The position numbers and the translations under genes are program-made. Shown here one piece after another: positions 46,564 to 55,816 of a stretch of 64,000 bases of DNA (position 1 is its first letter; the number at the start of each line of letters is the position of its first letter). This DNA comes from Vicinamibacteria bacterium (GTDB taxonomy: Bacteria; Acidobacteriota; Vicinamibacteria; Marinacidobacterales; Marinacidobacteraceae), in contig OZ219816.1 in NCBI GenBank assembly GCA_964291235.2, positions 1,280,001-1,344,000 of the forward strand, given 5' to 3'. The notes beneath the pieces were generated by a model. That model was given only the letters and a program-made list of their open reading frames with translations, searched no databases and had not been told where the DNA came from.

Positions 46564-47840
46564 GGGAGGCTCCTGCGGTTGGACGGGAAGAGGGCGTCGC
46601 TGGTGAACCAGATCCGGAGCCGGTGGCCGGCCCGGATCGTGACGGTGGGGAGGCGGTTGAGGAAACGGCGCATGACCTGGAGTCCGCTTTCGGACGTGCC
46701 CTGGGCGACGCCGCTGCGGTAGCCGGCGAGTCCGCCGGCGTAGGGGTTGCCGCCGAGGGCGGCGAAGCCGCTCATGAGGCCGACGGCGCCGGCGGCGAGG
46801 AAGGTCGAGAAGTAGTGCCGGTCGACCTGGTCCTTGAGGGCGCCCTCGCCGAGCTGGTTGAGTCCCTGGAACTGCAGGGCCACGTGCGTTCCGTCGGGCA
46901 GGATGACGCGGTGGAAGCCGACGGCGAGCCGCTCCTGGTCCTGCCCGCGGACGGGCTGCGCGGTGCCGATGAAGCGGCTGCCGCGGGGGATCAGGATGCG
47001 CTGCCGGTCCGTGCTGTAGAAGGGCACGGCGACGGTGGCGAGGACGGGCGAGGGGAAGTCCCCGCTGAGCTGGGTGACGAGCACGGCCTCGACGAGGGAG
47101 CCCTCGTAGATGCGTTCCCAGCCGGGCGGGTCGCGGGGGAGGGAGAAGCGGGGAGGGTTGTCGTAGTCGGGGAGGTTGTTGGAATCGGGCAGCGGGACAT
47201 CGAGGGTCCCTGGAGCGGGTGTGTATCCCGATGGATCGGCGCGCGGGAGGGCCTCCGGCCCGGGGAGGGCGCCGCCCATCGCGTCTGTGGGCGCCGAAGG
47301 CGCGGCGGGCGCCGGCGTGTGGAGGCCGGGGACGGCTCCGGAGTCATCCGGGGGCGCGGCGTCCGCGCCGCGGTGGCTCTGCGCGACCGGCGAGGTCCGG
47401 AGCGACCGCAGTTGGCGCTCCATCTCTTCGAGGCGGATCGCCTGCCGCAGTTGGTGTTCCTCGGGGGTGAGCGCCTCCCCGGTGTCGGGGTCCACCGGAG
47501 GCGGACGGCCGGGGTCCGGATCTCCGGAGGCCGCCATTCCGGCGGCCTGCAGGCGGAGCTGCTGGTCGGCTTCGCGCTGCTCGGCCTGGGCGCGGAGGCG
47601 CGCCTGCAGTTCCTGTTCGCGGATCCGCCGCGGCAGCGCGTCGCCGGCGGCGGGGTTGATGATTGGCTCGTCCGCGCCGGCGGCGCTGTCAGCGTCCTGC
47701 TCCGGGTCGTCGGAGCTCAGGGAGACGCTGAGGATGAGGGCGAGGAGGAGGACGGTGATGAGGAGCACGCCGACCTTCCCGACGATGTTGGCGGGGAGCG
47801 CCCCGGCGGGCTTGGACACGAGCCGTTTCCAGGTGGACAT
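46560..47840 (-). CDS. virB10: T4SS VirB10/TrbI
   Basis: EG..EAVL.TQLSGDFP.PV, LIPRGSR.IG, G.GALKDQVDRHY and PTVTIRAG. Confidence 0.9.
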   Translation of the reverse strand: MSTWKRLVSKPAGALPANIVGKVGVLLITVLLLALILSVSLSSDDPEQDADSAAGADEPIINPAAGDALPRRIREQELQARLRAQAEQREADQQLRLQAAGMAASGDPDPGRPPPVDPDTGEALTPEEHQLRQAIRLEEMERQLRSLRTSPVAQSHRGADAAPPDDSGAVPGLHTPAPAAPSAPTDAMGGALPGPEALPRADPSGYTPAPGTLDVPLPDSNNLPDYDNPPRFSLPRDPPGWERIYEGSLVEAVLVTQLSGDFPSPVLATVAVPFYSTDRQRILIPRGSRFIGTAQPVRGQDQERLAVGFHRVILPDGTHVALQFQGLNQLGEGALKDQVDRHYFSTFLAAGAVGLMSGFAALGGNPYAGGLAGYRSGVAQGTSESGLQVMRRFLNRLPTVTIRAGHRLRIWFTSDALFPSNRRSLP

Positions 47841-48147
47841 GAGGGTTGTCAGCCCGGCAGGGGCGCGAAGAGAGCCTCGGGAGAAGCCCGGAGCACCGGC
47901 TGCTCGGGGAAATGGCCCGGGAACGGCCCGAAAACGGCCTCTCTCGCCGTTTTCGGGGTCCGCGCGGGCCGGACATCGTCCGGACGGCCGCGCCGTCCTG
48001 AGGCGCGGTTTGGGGCTGACGACGCGGCGGCGCGCGCGGCGCGCGCGAGAATCGGGTCCGAAGGCTGGCGTTCTCCGGGCGGTCCGGCGGACCGGCCGTC
48101 TCCGCGAGGGGGCATCCCCGAGCGGCGGGGGGAGCGGAACGCGATGT

Positions 48148-49038
48148 TCACGGCAGCGGGTCCGGGGGCGTGAAGCGCCAGCGGGCGCGTTCGTCGCCTA
48201 GCTGGAGCCAGCCTTCGCCGATGATGCGCCGGACGACGTAGAGGCCGGTCTCGGTGAGGTCGTAGGGCACCAGCGAGGGCTCGCCGTCCTTGCGCTCGTA
48301 GAGCGCGGCGGACTCCGGGGCGCGGCTCCGGAGGTAGGTGAACTGGCCGTCGTGCCACATCGCCTCGACCAGGAAGGGCCACTCGCGGGCCTTCCGGTCG
48401 AGGGTGTAGGGGAACTCGATCCGGAGCGGGTAGGCCGCCCGGTAGGCGTCGATCTCCTCGGCGGCGGCCTCCCGGGCCGCGTGCACCTGCTCGTCGGCCG
48501 CGGTCCGGATGGCCTGGAGTTCGGCGCGGGCCTGGGTGGCCATGGCCTGGTAGGACTGGACCCGGGAGCGGGCGACGAAGGCCGGCTGGTGCGCGCCGCG
48601 CGCGCTCGGGGCCGGCAGGCCCGTGGAGTCGTCGATGGGCGCGGAGCTGTCGAAACGGACCACGAGATGGGGCTCCTCGGCGCCGGACTCGGCGACGAGG
48701 AACGAGTAGATCCGGCCGGACTCGCAGACAAGGGCGATGTTCGTCGCGGCGTCGTCGGCGATGGGCTTCAGGAACGCGACGTTGGCGCTGCCGGACAGGT
48801 GCCAGTACTCGGCGTCGCCCACCACGAAGTCGAGGATGGTCTCGTGCGCCGGGAGGGTGATGACGGTGGTGTGGCGGACGCGCGTCCGGAGCTGCCAGAC
48901 GGTGTCCTCGGGCGTGTCGTCGAGCCGGAGGATGTGCCCGTCCTGGGGCGCGGCGAGTGGCGCGAGCCCCTGGCAGAGCAGGAAGACGAGCAGGAAGAGG
49001 AGAAGGCGGGGCGGGACCTGGGGGAAGCCGGGGATCAT
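48148..49038 (-). CDS. virB9: T4SS VirB9/TrbG
   Basis: Start MIPGF at 49038. TTVITLP..E.I.D..VGD..W, KP, TN and WHDGQFTY. Confidence 0.87.
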   Translation of the reverse strand: MIPGFPQVPPRLLLFLLVFLLCQGLAPLAAPQDGHILRLDDTPEDTVWQLRTRVRHTTVITLPAHETILDFVVGDAEYWHLSGSANVAFLKPIADDAATNIALVCESGRIYSFLVAESGAEEPHLVVRFDSSAPIDDSTGLPAPSARGAHQPAFVARSRVQSYQAMATQARAELQAIRTAADEQVHAAREAAAEEIDAYRAAYPLRIEFPYTLDRKAREWPFLVEAMWHDGQFTYLRSRAPESAALYERKDGEPSLVPYDLTETGLYVVRRIIGEGWLQLGDERARWRFTPPDPLP

Positions 49039-51470
49039 GCGGGGCGCTCCATCTGGCGGGCGAGGGCGGCGAGGCCGCCGGTGAGGCCGTGCGCCGCGAC
49101 CGCTTCGGCGCGCCGCTCGGCGTCGGTGGGGGAGGACGTGTAGAGCCAGTAGCTCTCGGGGTCCACGTGGAGCCGGAGCACGCCGGCGGCCTGCGAGCGC
49201 CGCAGGTAGAGCTCCTGCTTGGGGACGAGCTGGCGGATGGTGGCCATCTCCGTCTCGTTGAGGCGGAAGATCTCGCCGACCTGGTCGGGCAGGTCGGGGT
49301 TGGCCAGGAACAGTTTCGTCGGCATGGACTCGAGGAGCCCCTTGGCCGCCGGGGTGGCGGTCACGTCGATCGCCGACTGGGTGGCGAGGACGAGGGCGGC
49401 GTTGCGCTTGCGCCAGGTCTTCGCGGCCTCCGCGAGGTAGGCGAGGATGGCGGGGTCCTTGAGGTACCGCCAGGCCTCGTCGACGACCATCAGCTTGACG
49501 CGGGCGGCCTCGGCCGGGTTGTCGAGGGCGAGGCGCATGCGCTCGAGGAGGTAGAAGAGCGCGGCCTCGCAGAGATCCTCGTGCTCGGCGGCGCCCGCGA
49601 GGTCGATGACCTGCCAGTCCTGGAGCTGGAGTTCGTCGGCGCCGGGGTTGTCGAAATAGGCGGCCCAGGCCCCGTTGCCGTGCCAGCGGCTCATCGCGGG
49701 CCACATCGCTTTCGGAAGCGAGGAGACGAAGGCGGAGAGCGAGCGCTGGGACTCCGGGAAGGCGTAGAGGTCCTCGACGCGGCTCCGGAGCTCCGACGGA
49801 TCCCGTCCGCTGAGCTGGTAGCCGCCGATCTTGAGCAGGCGGGTGATCCAGCCGGTGAGGAACTGGAAGGTGCGCTCACCGGGCGGCAGGGAGAAGGGCT
49901 TGAGGGCGAGCGCGCCGTCGGCGCGCTCGGGCGCGAGCTGCAGGTAGCCGCCGCCCAGGAACTGGGTGAGCCACCGGTAGCTGCCGCCGAGGTCCAGGAT
50001 GAGGACCCGCGGCTGGTACTGGAGGGCCTGGACGAGCAGGAAGTTGAGCGTGAAGCTCTTGCCCGCGCCGGTGGCCCCGAGGATGAGCGTGTGGCCGACG
50101 TCGGCCCCCGCGAAGAGGTCGTAGTGGTACGAGGTCTTCCAGGGCGTCTCGAAGGTGGCGAGCGCCGGCCGGGAGAGGTGCTTGCTGGTCCGGTGGCCGC
50201 GCGGAGGCCCGAAGAGCGGGGCGAGGCAGGCCGCGACGCCGGCGCTCGCGAAGACGGAGCGGATCTGGCGCTTCCGCGGCATCGCGGGCATGCGGGCGAA
50301 CCAGCTGGCGAGCTGCCCGTAGCCCTCGCGGATGAGCTTCGCGTCGCACCCGGCGAAGATCCGGCGCAGTTCGGCGTCCAGCCGCTCGGTCTCCGCCAGC
50401 GGGCCGTGCAGCGCGACGGTCAGCGACACGTCGCCGTAGCCGACGCCGTCGGCCTCCAGTTCGACCAGGGCGCCCCCGAGACGGTCCGCCTCGGCGTCGG
50501 CGGCCGCATCGACCATGGCGGAGGCCGTGCCTTCGGTGTCCTGCATGTGCGCCGACATCGAGTAGCGCTTCGAGAAGTAGTGGCGCTGCGCGCTCCGGAT
50601 CTTCCGCCGGGCGGCCTCGAGGGCGTAGGGACGCCACTCGAGCGAGAGCGTGAACCGCGCCTCCATGCGGGCGAGTTCGTAGAGGAGGTTGGCGCGGGCG
50701 GTCGCCGGCGGCGAGAGCAGCGAGTAGAGGATGACGGGCTCGCCGTCCAGCCGGAGGTGCCGGCGCTCGGCCTCGAGTTCGGAGAGCGGCAGCCGCCAGT
50801 TCAGGGCGCTGGGGGCGGCGTTGCCCTGCCACTCCAGGCCGGGGCGGTTGACGAGTTCGCTGAGGAAGGGGGTGGCCTCCGCCGCCGGCAGCAGCCGGAG
50901 CGGCGTGACCTCGTTGGTGAGCGCGGCCGAGGCCTCGACGAGCTGGCGGAAGCGGGTGGCGGCCTGGCGCACCTCGGCGAGCAGGTAGACGGACTCGTGG
51001 GGGTTGCGGCGGGCGCGGAGCCAGTTGCGCGCCGACTCGACGAGCCAGTGGCCGCCCCGGGGGCCGGTGCGGCCCGCCGGCTCGAGCCGGGGGTTGTGGC
51101 TCCAGACGACGAACGTCCGGAGGTCGTGGATCCGGGAGAGGAGGAAGTCGCGCCGGTTGCTCTGGGACAGGGCGGCGACGCCGTCAAGGCCGTTGACCTC
51201 CGGCAGGACGCCGGGCCGCCGGAGCAGGTAGAAGTAGAGGCGGGTATCGGTATCGAGGGAGGAGAGCAGGCGCTGCCAGCGGTTGAGGATCCGGTCGAGC
51301 TGCTCGGGGGTGCGGCCGTCCAGGACGGCGGGCTCCAGTTCGGCGGCCGCCAGGAGCTCGCCGGCGCGGGTGATGCAGAAGGGGTGCTCCTTCAGCCAGC
51401 CCCAGTAGGGCAGCTCGTCGGCGAGCGCGCCCGCCGCGGCGAAGTCCTGCTGCTCGGCCTTGAGGTTCAT
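49035..51470 (-). CDS. virB4: T4SS ATPase VirB4
   Basis: Start MNLKAE (TAATG overlap). GHTLILGATGAGKS, D.GGSY, VDEAW and RKRNA..ATQS. Confidence 0.93.
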   Translation of the reverse strand: MNLKAEQQDFAAAGALADELPYWGWLKEHPFCITRAGELLAAAELEPAVLDGRTPEQLDRILNRWQRLLSSLDTDTRLYFYLLRRPGVLPEVNGLDGVAALSQSNRRDFLLSRIHDLRTFVVWSHNPRLEPAGRTGPRGGHWLVESARNWLRARRNPHESVYLLAEVRQAATRFRQLVEASAALTNEVTPLRLLPAAEATPFLSELVNRPGLEWQGNAAPSALNWRLPLSELEAERRHLRLDGEPVILYSLLSPPATARANLLYELARMEARFTLSLEWRPYALEAARRKIRSAQRHYFSKRYSMSAHMQDTEGTASAMVDAAADAEADRLGGALVELEADGVGYGDVSLTVALHGPLAETERLDAELRRIFAGCDAKLIREGYGQLASWFARMPAMPRKRQIRSVFASAGVAACLAPLFGPPRGHRTSKHLSRPALATFETPWKTSYHYDLFAGADVGHTLILGATGAGKSFTLNFLLVQALQYQPRVLILDLGGSYRWLTQFLGGGYLQLAPERADGALALKPFSLPPGERTFQFLTGWITRLLKIGGYQLSGRDPSELRSRVEDLYAFPESQRSLSAFVSSLPKAMWPAMSRWHGNGAWAAYFDNPGADELQLQDWQVIDLAGAAEHEDLCEAALFYLLERMRLALDNPAEAARVKLMVVDEAWRYLKDPAILAYLAEAAKTWRKRNAALVLATQSAIDVTATPAAKGLLESMPTKLFLANPDLPDQVGEIFRLNETEMATIRQLVPKQELYLRRSQAAGVLRLHVDPESYWLYTSSPTDAERRAEAVAAHGLTGGLAALARQMERPA

Positions 51471-51760
51471 TACTCGAGGAGGTCGAGGTGCCAACGGGCC
51501 GGCTTGCCGGCGTCGTAGCGGGTGTGCGTCTCGGCGCTCGCCTTGACGATGGAGAGCATGTTGGGGTCCTCGCGCCAGGCGAGCAGACCGAGGCCGTAGA
51601 GGACGAGGAAGATCACGCCGCCGGTGAGGAGCGAGTTGATGGCGTTCCACATCGCCATGCCCAGGGTGCCGGCGAGCAGGAACCACCGCCTCTCGACGCC
51701 CATGATGGTGAGCGGCCGGCTCAGGGCGGGGTGGCCGTGCCAGGCGCGCCTGCCGGTCAC
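51470..51760 (-). CDS. virB3: T4SS VirB3
   Basis: L.RP.TIMGVER, two TM helices and DP motif, directly upstream of virB4. Confidence 0.85.
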   Translation of the reverse strand: MTGRRAWHGHPALSRPLTIMGVERRWFLLAGTLGMAMWNAINSLLTGGVIFLVLYGLGLLAWREDPNMLSIVKASAETHTRYDAGKPARWHLDLLE

Positions 51761-51773
51761 GGCTCAGCGCCGA

Positions 51774-51817
51774 CCGTATGCACGGTCAATACCGGATGTC
51801 GTCATACGATGCATACG
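51774..51817. repeat. Dispersed motif copy (GTATGCACGGTCAATACCGG...)
   Basis: 51776-51795 matches 34858-34877 with 1 mismatch. Intergenic between virB2 and virB3. Confidence 0.7.
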
Positions 51818-51846
51818 AGCACTAGTCCCTGTTGGCGGTGGGCGCT

Positions 51847-52143
51847 CTAGGTGAACCAGTCCAGGAAGTTGCCCGCGGCCATCGTCATGCCGAGGCCGAA
51901 GATGATCCCGGCGATCGCCTTCTTGGAGCCGCCCTCCCCGAAGGCGAACATCAGCCCGCCGATCACGATCGCGATGAGCGACAGGCCGCGCGCGATCGGG
52001 CCGGTGAAGGCGGTCTGGATGACGTTGACCGCGTTTTCCCAGGGGCTGGTGCCCGCCTTCCCGGCAAACGCCGTGCCCGGGACGAGCATGGCGGCAGCCG
52101 CCAGGGTCAGGAAAACGAAGAGACGTGAGGGGATGCGCTTCAT
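51847..52143 (-). CDS. virB2: T4SS pilin VirB2/TrbC
   Basis: PWE.....I...FTGPIA..L..IAIV..GL..AFGEG. Confidence 0.88.
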   Translation of the reverse strand: MKRIPSRLFVFLTLAAAAMLVPGTAFAGKAGTSPWENAVNVIQTAFTGPIARGLSLIAIVIGGLMFAFGEGGSKKAIAGIIFGLGMTMAAGNFLDWFT

Positions 52144-52165
52144 GGCAGGGACCTCCTGGTCTGGA

Positions 52166-52483
52166 CTATTCGGTGAAGTCGCCCTGCTCCTGTTCGGCAA
52201 GGCGGCGGGAAAGCTCGGGATCGCCGTCGCCGCGGCGCACCGAGCGCTCCGCGAGGTCGACCTTCCGGCCGATGTCGTAGAGGCCCAGGCTCCGCAGGAT
52301 CCCCGCGGCGGCGACGACGGCGGCGAGGAACGCGCTCCCCGCGTAGGCGGTGACCGGCCACCAGTACTCGGTGACGATGACCCGCCGGTAGGGGGCCAGA
52401 TAATCAAAGTGCGACGCCGCGAAGAAGACGACGGCGGCCGTGAGGGCGACGCCGACGCCGAGGCTGATCTTCCAGGGATGCAC
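52166..52483 (-). CDS. Two-TM hypothetical protein of the tra region
   Basis: Two TM helices, then L.D.GRK.DL.ER..RRG. Confidence 0.6.
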   Translation of the reverse strand: MHPWKISLGVGVALTAAVVFFAASHFDYLAPYRRVIVTEYWWPVTAYAGSAFLAAVVAAAGILRSLGLYDIGRKVDLAERSVRRGDGDPELSRRLAEQEQGDFTE

Positions 52484-52484
52484 G

Positions 52485-53387
52485 TCAGATCTCCATGAGT
52501 TCCGGCGGCCGCGGGTCGCGCCCGCTGCCCCCCCGCTGTGGTCTTGCCGCCTCCCGGAACGCCTTCGCGACCTTCGCGATCATCCGCCCGGCCTTGCCGT
52601 TCGCGCCGTGGAGCGCGAACCCGGCGGCGGCCTTGGCCGCGACCGCGCCCGCGTTGTAGTGCTAGGTGGTGACCTCGATGTTCACCCGCCCGAACGTGTC
52701 GCGGCCGCCGGCATCGGCGGCGGCGTATTCGAGCTGCGCGTCCGGGAAGGACACCGCCCCCTCCGGAGTGTGGGGGAGTCCGAGTTCGGCGGCCGCGCGA
52801 CGCCGTTCCTGGTCCGCGGCCTCGCGCCCCGCCCGGGCGCGGGCCCGTTCGCTCCGCCGCACCACGGCGCTCCGCAGCTCGGCGTCGAGCCGGACGCGGA
52901 CCGCCGTGACGCCCTTCGCGGCGAGTTCCTCCCGGGCGGCCAGGACCGCGCGGTAGACGGCGACGTCGTGCGCGAGGTTCTTGCGGCGTTCGATCCCGCT
53001 CCAGAAGCGCTGGTCCTCGGCGTAGCCGCGGTCGGCCGCGGCGTCCCCGGCCTCCCTCGCGCCTTTCGGGGTGGCGGCCAACACGGTGAAGGAGCCACCG
53101 TTGGGGCCGTCGGCCTGGTGCTCCGTCACGAGGCCCTCGCGCTTGAGCCGGTTGATGCCGGCGCGCGCGGCGAAGGGGTGGCCGTCGAAGTGCACGTCCG
53201 CGATGTCCCGGTAGGCCACGGCGCGGTGCGCGCTGATGTCCGCGAGCGCGCCTTTCTCGCGCCGGACGCGGCCGCGGGACCCGCCCTCCCGGGTCCCCTG
53301 TTCCCGGCGGTGGCCCGAGCGCCGCAGTTCGCGGTCGCGGAGGACTTCCGGCCGGTCGGGGCGGCGGGGTTCGGGACGACGGCTCAT
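52485..53387 (-). pseudogene. Replication-relaxation-like (wHTH plus PD-(D/E)xK) putative relaxase, interrupted by an in-frame TAG at 52662-52664
   Basis: LAHD..VY, FPDAQLEY and NIEVTT*HYNAGAVAAKAAAGF. The frame continues 58 more codons to TGA at 52485. Confidence 0.55.
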
Positions 53388-53396
53388 CGACGGGGA

Positions 53397-54392
53397 TCAG
53401 CGCCCGGGCGTCATCGCCGGCGCCTGGCGCTGGGCCACGGGGGGCGGAGGAGTCTGGGGAGCACGCTCGGGCGTCGCCCCATCGCGCGCGGCGCGCGCCT
53501 CGCGGGCGATGTCCCGTAGCTCGCCGCGGGCTGGCTTGATGAGGTTCCGCGCGATGCGGTGCCCCTCGGAGGCCGCCCGGTGCATCTCCCGCGGGTCCTC
53601 CCTAAGCGCCTTGAGCCAGGCCTGTTTGTGTTCGTCGCCGTGGTCGGGTTGATAACCGATCCCCAGGCGGTCGCCAGCGGTCATGGTGGCGATCTCGACG
53701 CGGAGTTTTTCGCGGATGTGCCCGTCGCCGTCGAGACCCTCGCTGTGGGTCTGCTTGAAGGTCTCGCGGGCCATCCGGCTCTCATGTCCGGAGGCGTGCG
53801 CCATGTTCCGGAGCGCGGTGCTGTAGTAGTGCTCCGGGCTCCGGAACTGCTTCCGCTCGGGCAGGACCACCTGGTCGTGGTCCTTGCTGTAGTAGTTCTG
53901 GTCGCCGGGGGAGTGCTTGATCTCGACGGCGGAGGCGGCGATCACGGCGTCGGCGCCGCGGTGCGCCTGCCAGTCCGGACGCCGCGGCCGCCGGTCGAGC
54001 TTCAGGCCGCGCACCTGCTCCACGTTGTAGACGATGGAGGTGCGCCAGAGCGGCTTCTGCCCGTTGCGGTCGTCGCGGAAGAGGATCCGTTCGCCCGGGC
54101 CCTTCGGCGGCTGGCCGCCCGCCTTCTTGATCTGGGCGTTCGTGATCCAGCGGTTGTCGGTGAACCCGCGGTCCTGGCCGCGGCTGGCCAGGTAGAGCGC
54201 GTTGCCGCCGGTATAGGCGCGGCCGGTGACGGCGTTCCGGGGCAGGACGGGCTCACCGGCCTTCGCTGCGCGCTGCCAGGGCGCGGTGCCGGCCTCCATC
54301 TGCCGGATGGCGGTCTCGGCGAACTTCCCGTAGTAGCGGCTGGGCGAGTCGATCGCGGGCTTCGGGGAGGGAGAGGTTTTGGCTTCAGCCAT
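53397..54392 (-). CDS. ardC: ArdC-like antirestriction protein (metal-binding motif degenerate)
   Basis: GTAPW, P.N..TG.AYTGGN.L.L, D.RW.T..Q. ALRNMAH replaces HExxH. Confidence 0.75.
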   Translation of the reverse strand: MAEAKTSPSPKPAIDSPSRYYGKFAETAIRQMEAGTAPWQRAAKAGEPVLPRNAVTGRAYTGGNALYLASRGQDRGFTDNRWITNAQIKKAGGQPPKGPGERILFRDDRNGQKPLWRTSIVYNVEQVRGLKLDRRPRRPDWQAHRGADAVIAASAVEIKHSPGDQNYYSKDHDQVVLPERKQFRSPEHYYSTALRNMAHASGHESRMARETFKQTHSEGLDGDGHIREKLRVEIATMTAGDRLGIGYQPDHGDEHKQAWLKALREDPREMHRAASEGHRIARNLIKPARGELRDIAREARAARDGATPERAPQTPPPPVAQRQAPAMTPGR

Positions 54393-54473
54393 GTTGGTTG
54401 CTCCTGGTTCAGGGGTTCGGGACAGCGAGTCGTAGAGCGCCGCCGCGGTGGTCCGGAACGGCGTGTTCGCTGT

Positions 54474-55550
54474 TCATCGTCCGGGCGTCAGGGCCGGCTG
54501 TTGGCGCGCGGGCGTGGGAGGCGTGATGCCGGGCACGCGCATCTCAGTTGCATCCGGAGGCGTGGGGCTGTCGCGCCCGACCTGCTGGATACGTTCCCTG
54601 GCGGGCTCCAGCAGATAACGGGAGATCCGTTCCGCTTCGGCAGCCGCGCGGTAGATCTCGCGAGGTTCGTCGGAAAGAGCCTTGATCCAGCTCTTGACGT
54701 ACGCGGCGCTGTTGCCGTGGCCGCCACGGGGCAGGTGGCCGACGCCGATCCGCTCGCCGGCCATCATGGCGCTGATCTCGGCGCGGAGTTCCTCGCGGGC
54801 GTAGGCGGGGCTGCCGAAACCGGCCTGTACGCCGTTGTAGAAGGTCTTCCGGTCCATGCGGGTCTGATGGCCGGACGCATGGGACAGTTCGTGAAGGGCG
54901 GTTGCGTAGTAGGCCTCCGCGCTGGGGAACTGGCCGCGCGCCGGCAGGACGATCTGGTCGGCCTGCGGGCTGTAGTAGGCGCGGTCGCCCGCGACGTGCC
55001 TGATCGGGACCTTGGCCGTTTCGATGACGGCTTCGGCGGCTTGATGCGCCTGCCAAGCCGCGACCGCCGCTTGCCGTGGGGGAAGGTCCAGATCACGGGT
55101 CTGTTCGACGTTGAACACGGTGTAGACGCGTTGCAAAGGGAATCGTTGTTCGGGGCGTTCATAGACCGGCCGGCCCTCCCCATCGACCAGGTGGCGTCCG
55201 GCTTGGTCCTTCTTCGGAACGAGTTTCTGGGTCCGGAAGAAGACAATGTGTTCGCCTCGTTCGCCCTTGCGGACGTGGCCTCCGGCTTCCCTGATCTGGC
55301 GGTATGTCGCCCAGCGGTTGTCGGTGAACCCGCGCTCCGGACCGCGAAGGGAGAGACGGAGAGCGTTGCCTCCGGTGTAGGCATTGCCGGTGATGGCGTT
55401 CCGGGGTAGCGCCTGCTCGCCAGGCTTCCAGGGACGCTGCCAGGGTGCAGTGCCCGCCTCGATCTGCTTGACGATCGCGGCGGCGAATTGCTCGTGATAT
55501 TCGGTGATGCGGTCCCGCCCGCGGGGAGTGTTGGCTTTGGCAGCGGCCAT
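54474..55550 (-). CDS. ardC: ArdC antirestriction protein (ssDNA-binding plus zincin-like domain)
   Basis: GTAPWQRPW, WATYRQ, VFNVEQ, AYYSP..D.I.LP, ALHELSH, YAREELRAE and AAYVKSW. Confidence 0.9.
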   Translation of the reverse strand: MAAAKANTPRGRDRITEYHEQFAAAIVKQIEAGTAPWQRPWKPGEQALPRNAITGNAYTGGNALRLSLRGPERGFTDNRWATYRQIREAGGHVRKGERGEHIVFFRTQKLVPKKDQAGRHLVDGEGRPVYERPEQRFPLQRVYTVFNVEQTRDLDLPPRQAAVAAWQAHQAAEAVIETAKVPIRHVAGDRAYYSPQADQIVLPARGQFPSAEAYYATALHELSHASGHQTRMDRKTFYNGVQAGFGSPAYAREELRAEISAMMAGERIGVGHLPRGGHGNSAAYVKSWIKALSDEPREIYRAAAEAERISRYLLEPARERIQQVGRDSPTPPDATEMRVPGITPPTPARQQPALTPGR

Positions 55551-55580
55551 GTTGGTTTCTCGCCGGGCGCGGGGGGGGCG

Positions 55581-55799
55581 TCAGTCCCGGTCTTCGTCGG
55601 CCAAATCCAGGAGCTCAGCTGGAAGTTCGCCGAACTCGATGGGGTCGCCGTTCTCGTCGGCGCCGGGGACCCCGAAGGCCGCGATGACCTCGCGTGGGGC
55701 GGCGATGGGCAGCCCACGGTCGAACACGCGAGCGAACTCCTCCTCGGTGTCGACGCTGAGGGCGGGCTTGCCCTCGACGATGATTTCTCGGATTGCCAT
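55581..55799 (-). CDS. Small acidic hypothetical protein
   Basis: AAGGAG RBS and ATG start. Confidence 0.55.
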   Translation of the reverse strand: MAIREIIVEGKPALSVDTEEEFARVFDRGLPIAAPREVIAAFGVPGADENGDPIEFGELPAELLDLADEDRD

Positions 55800-55816
55800 A
55801 GGTGCTCCTTCCGCGG

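Noticed and set aside
47849-48151. Possible small gene between virB9 and virB10
   Set aside because: Low-complexity Arg/Pro/Gly translation with no lipobox or motif; cannot be supported.
48957-51518. Long plus-strand ORFs opposite real genes (also 9751..11886, 37618..39627, 53559..55409)
   Set aside because: These are antisense shadow ORFs typical of high-GC DNA, with no motifs.
52662-52664. Pyrrolysine readthrough of TAG
   Set aside because: No pyl genes or methylamine-methyltransferase context in the window. A nonsense mutation or sequencing error is more parsimonious.
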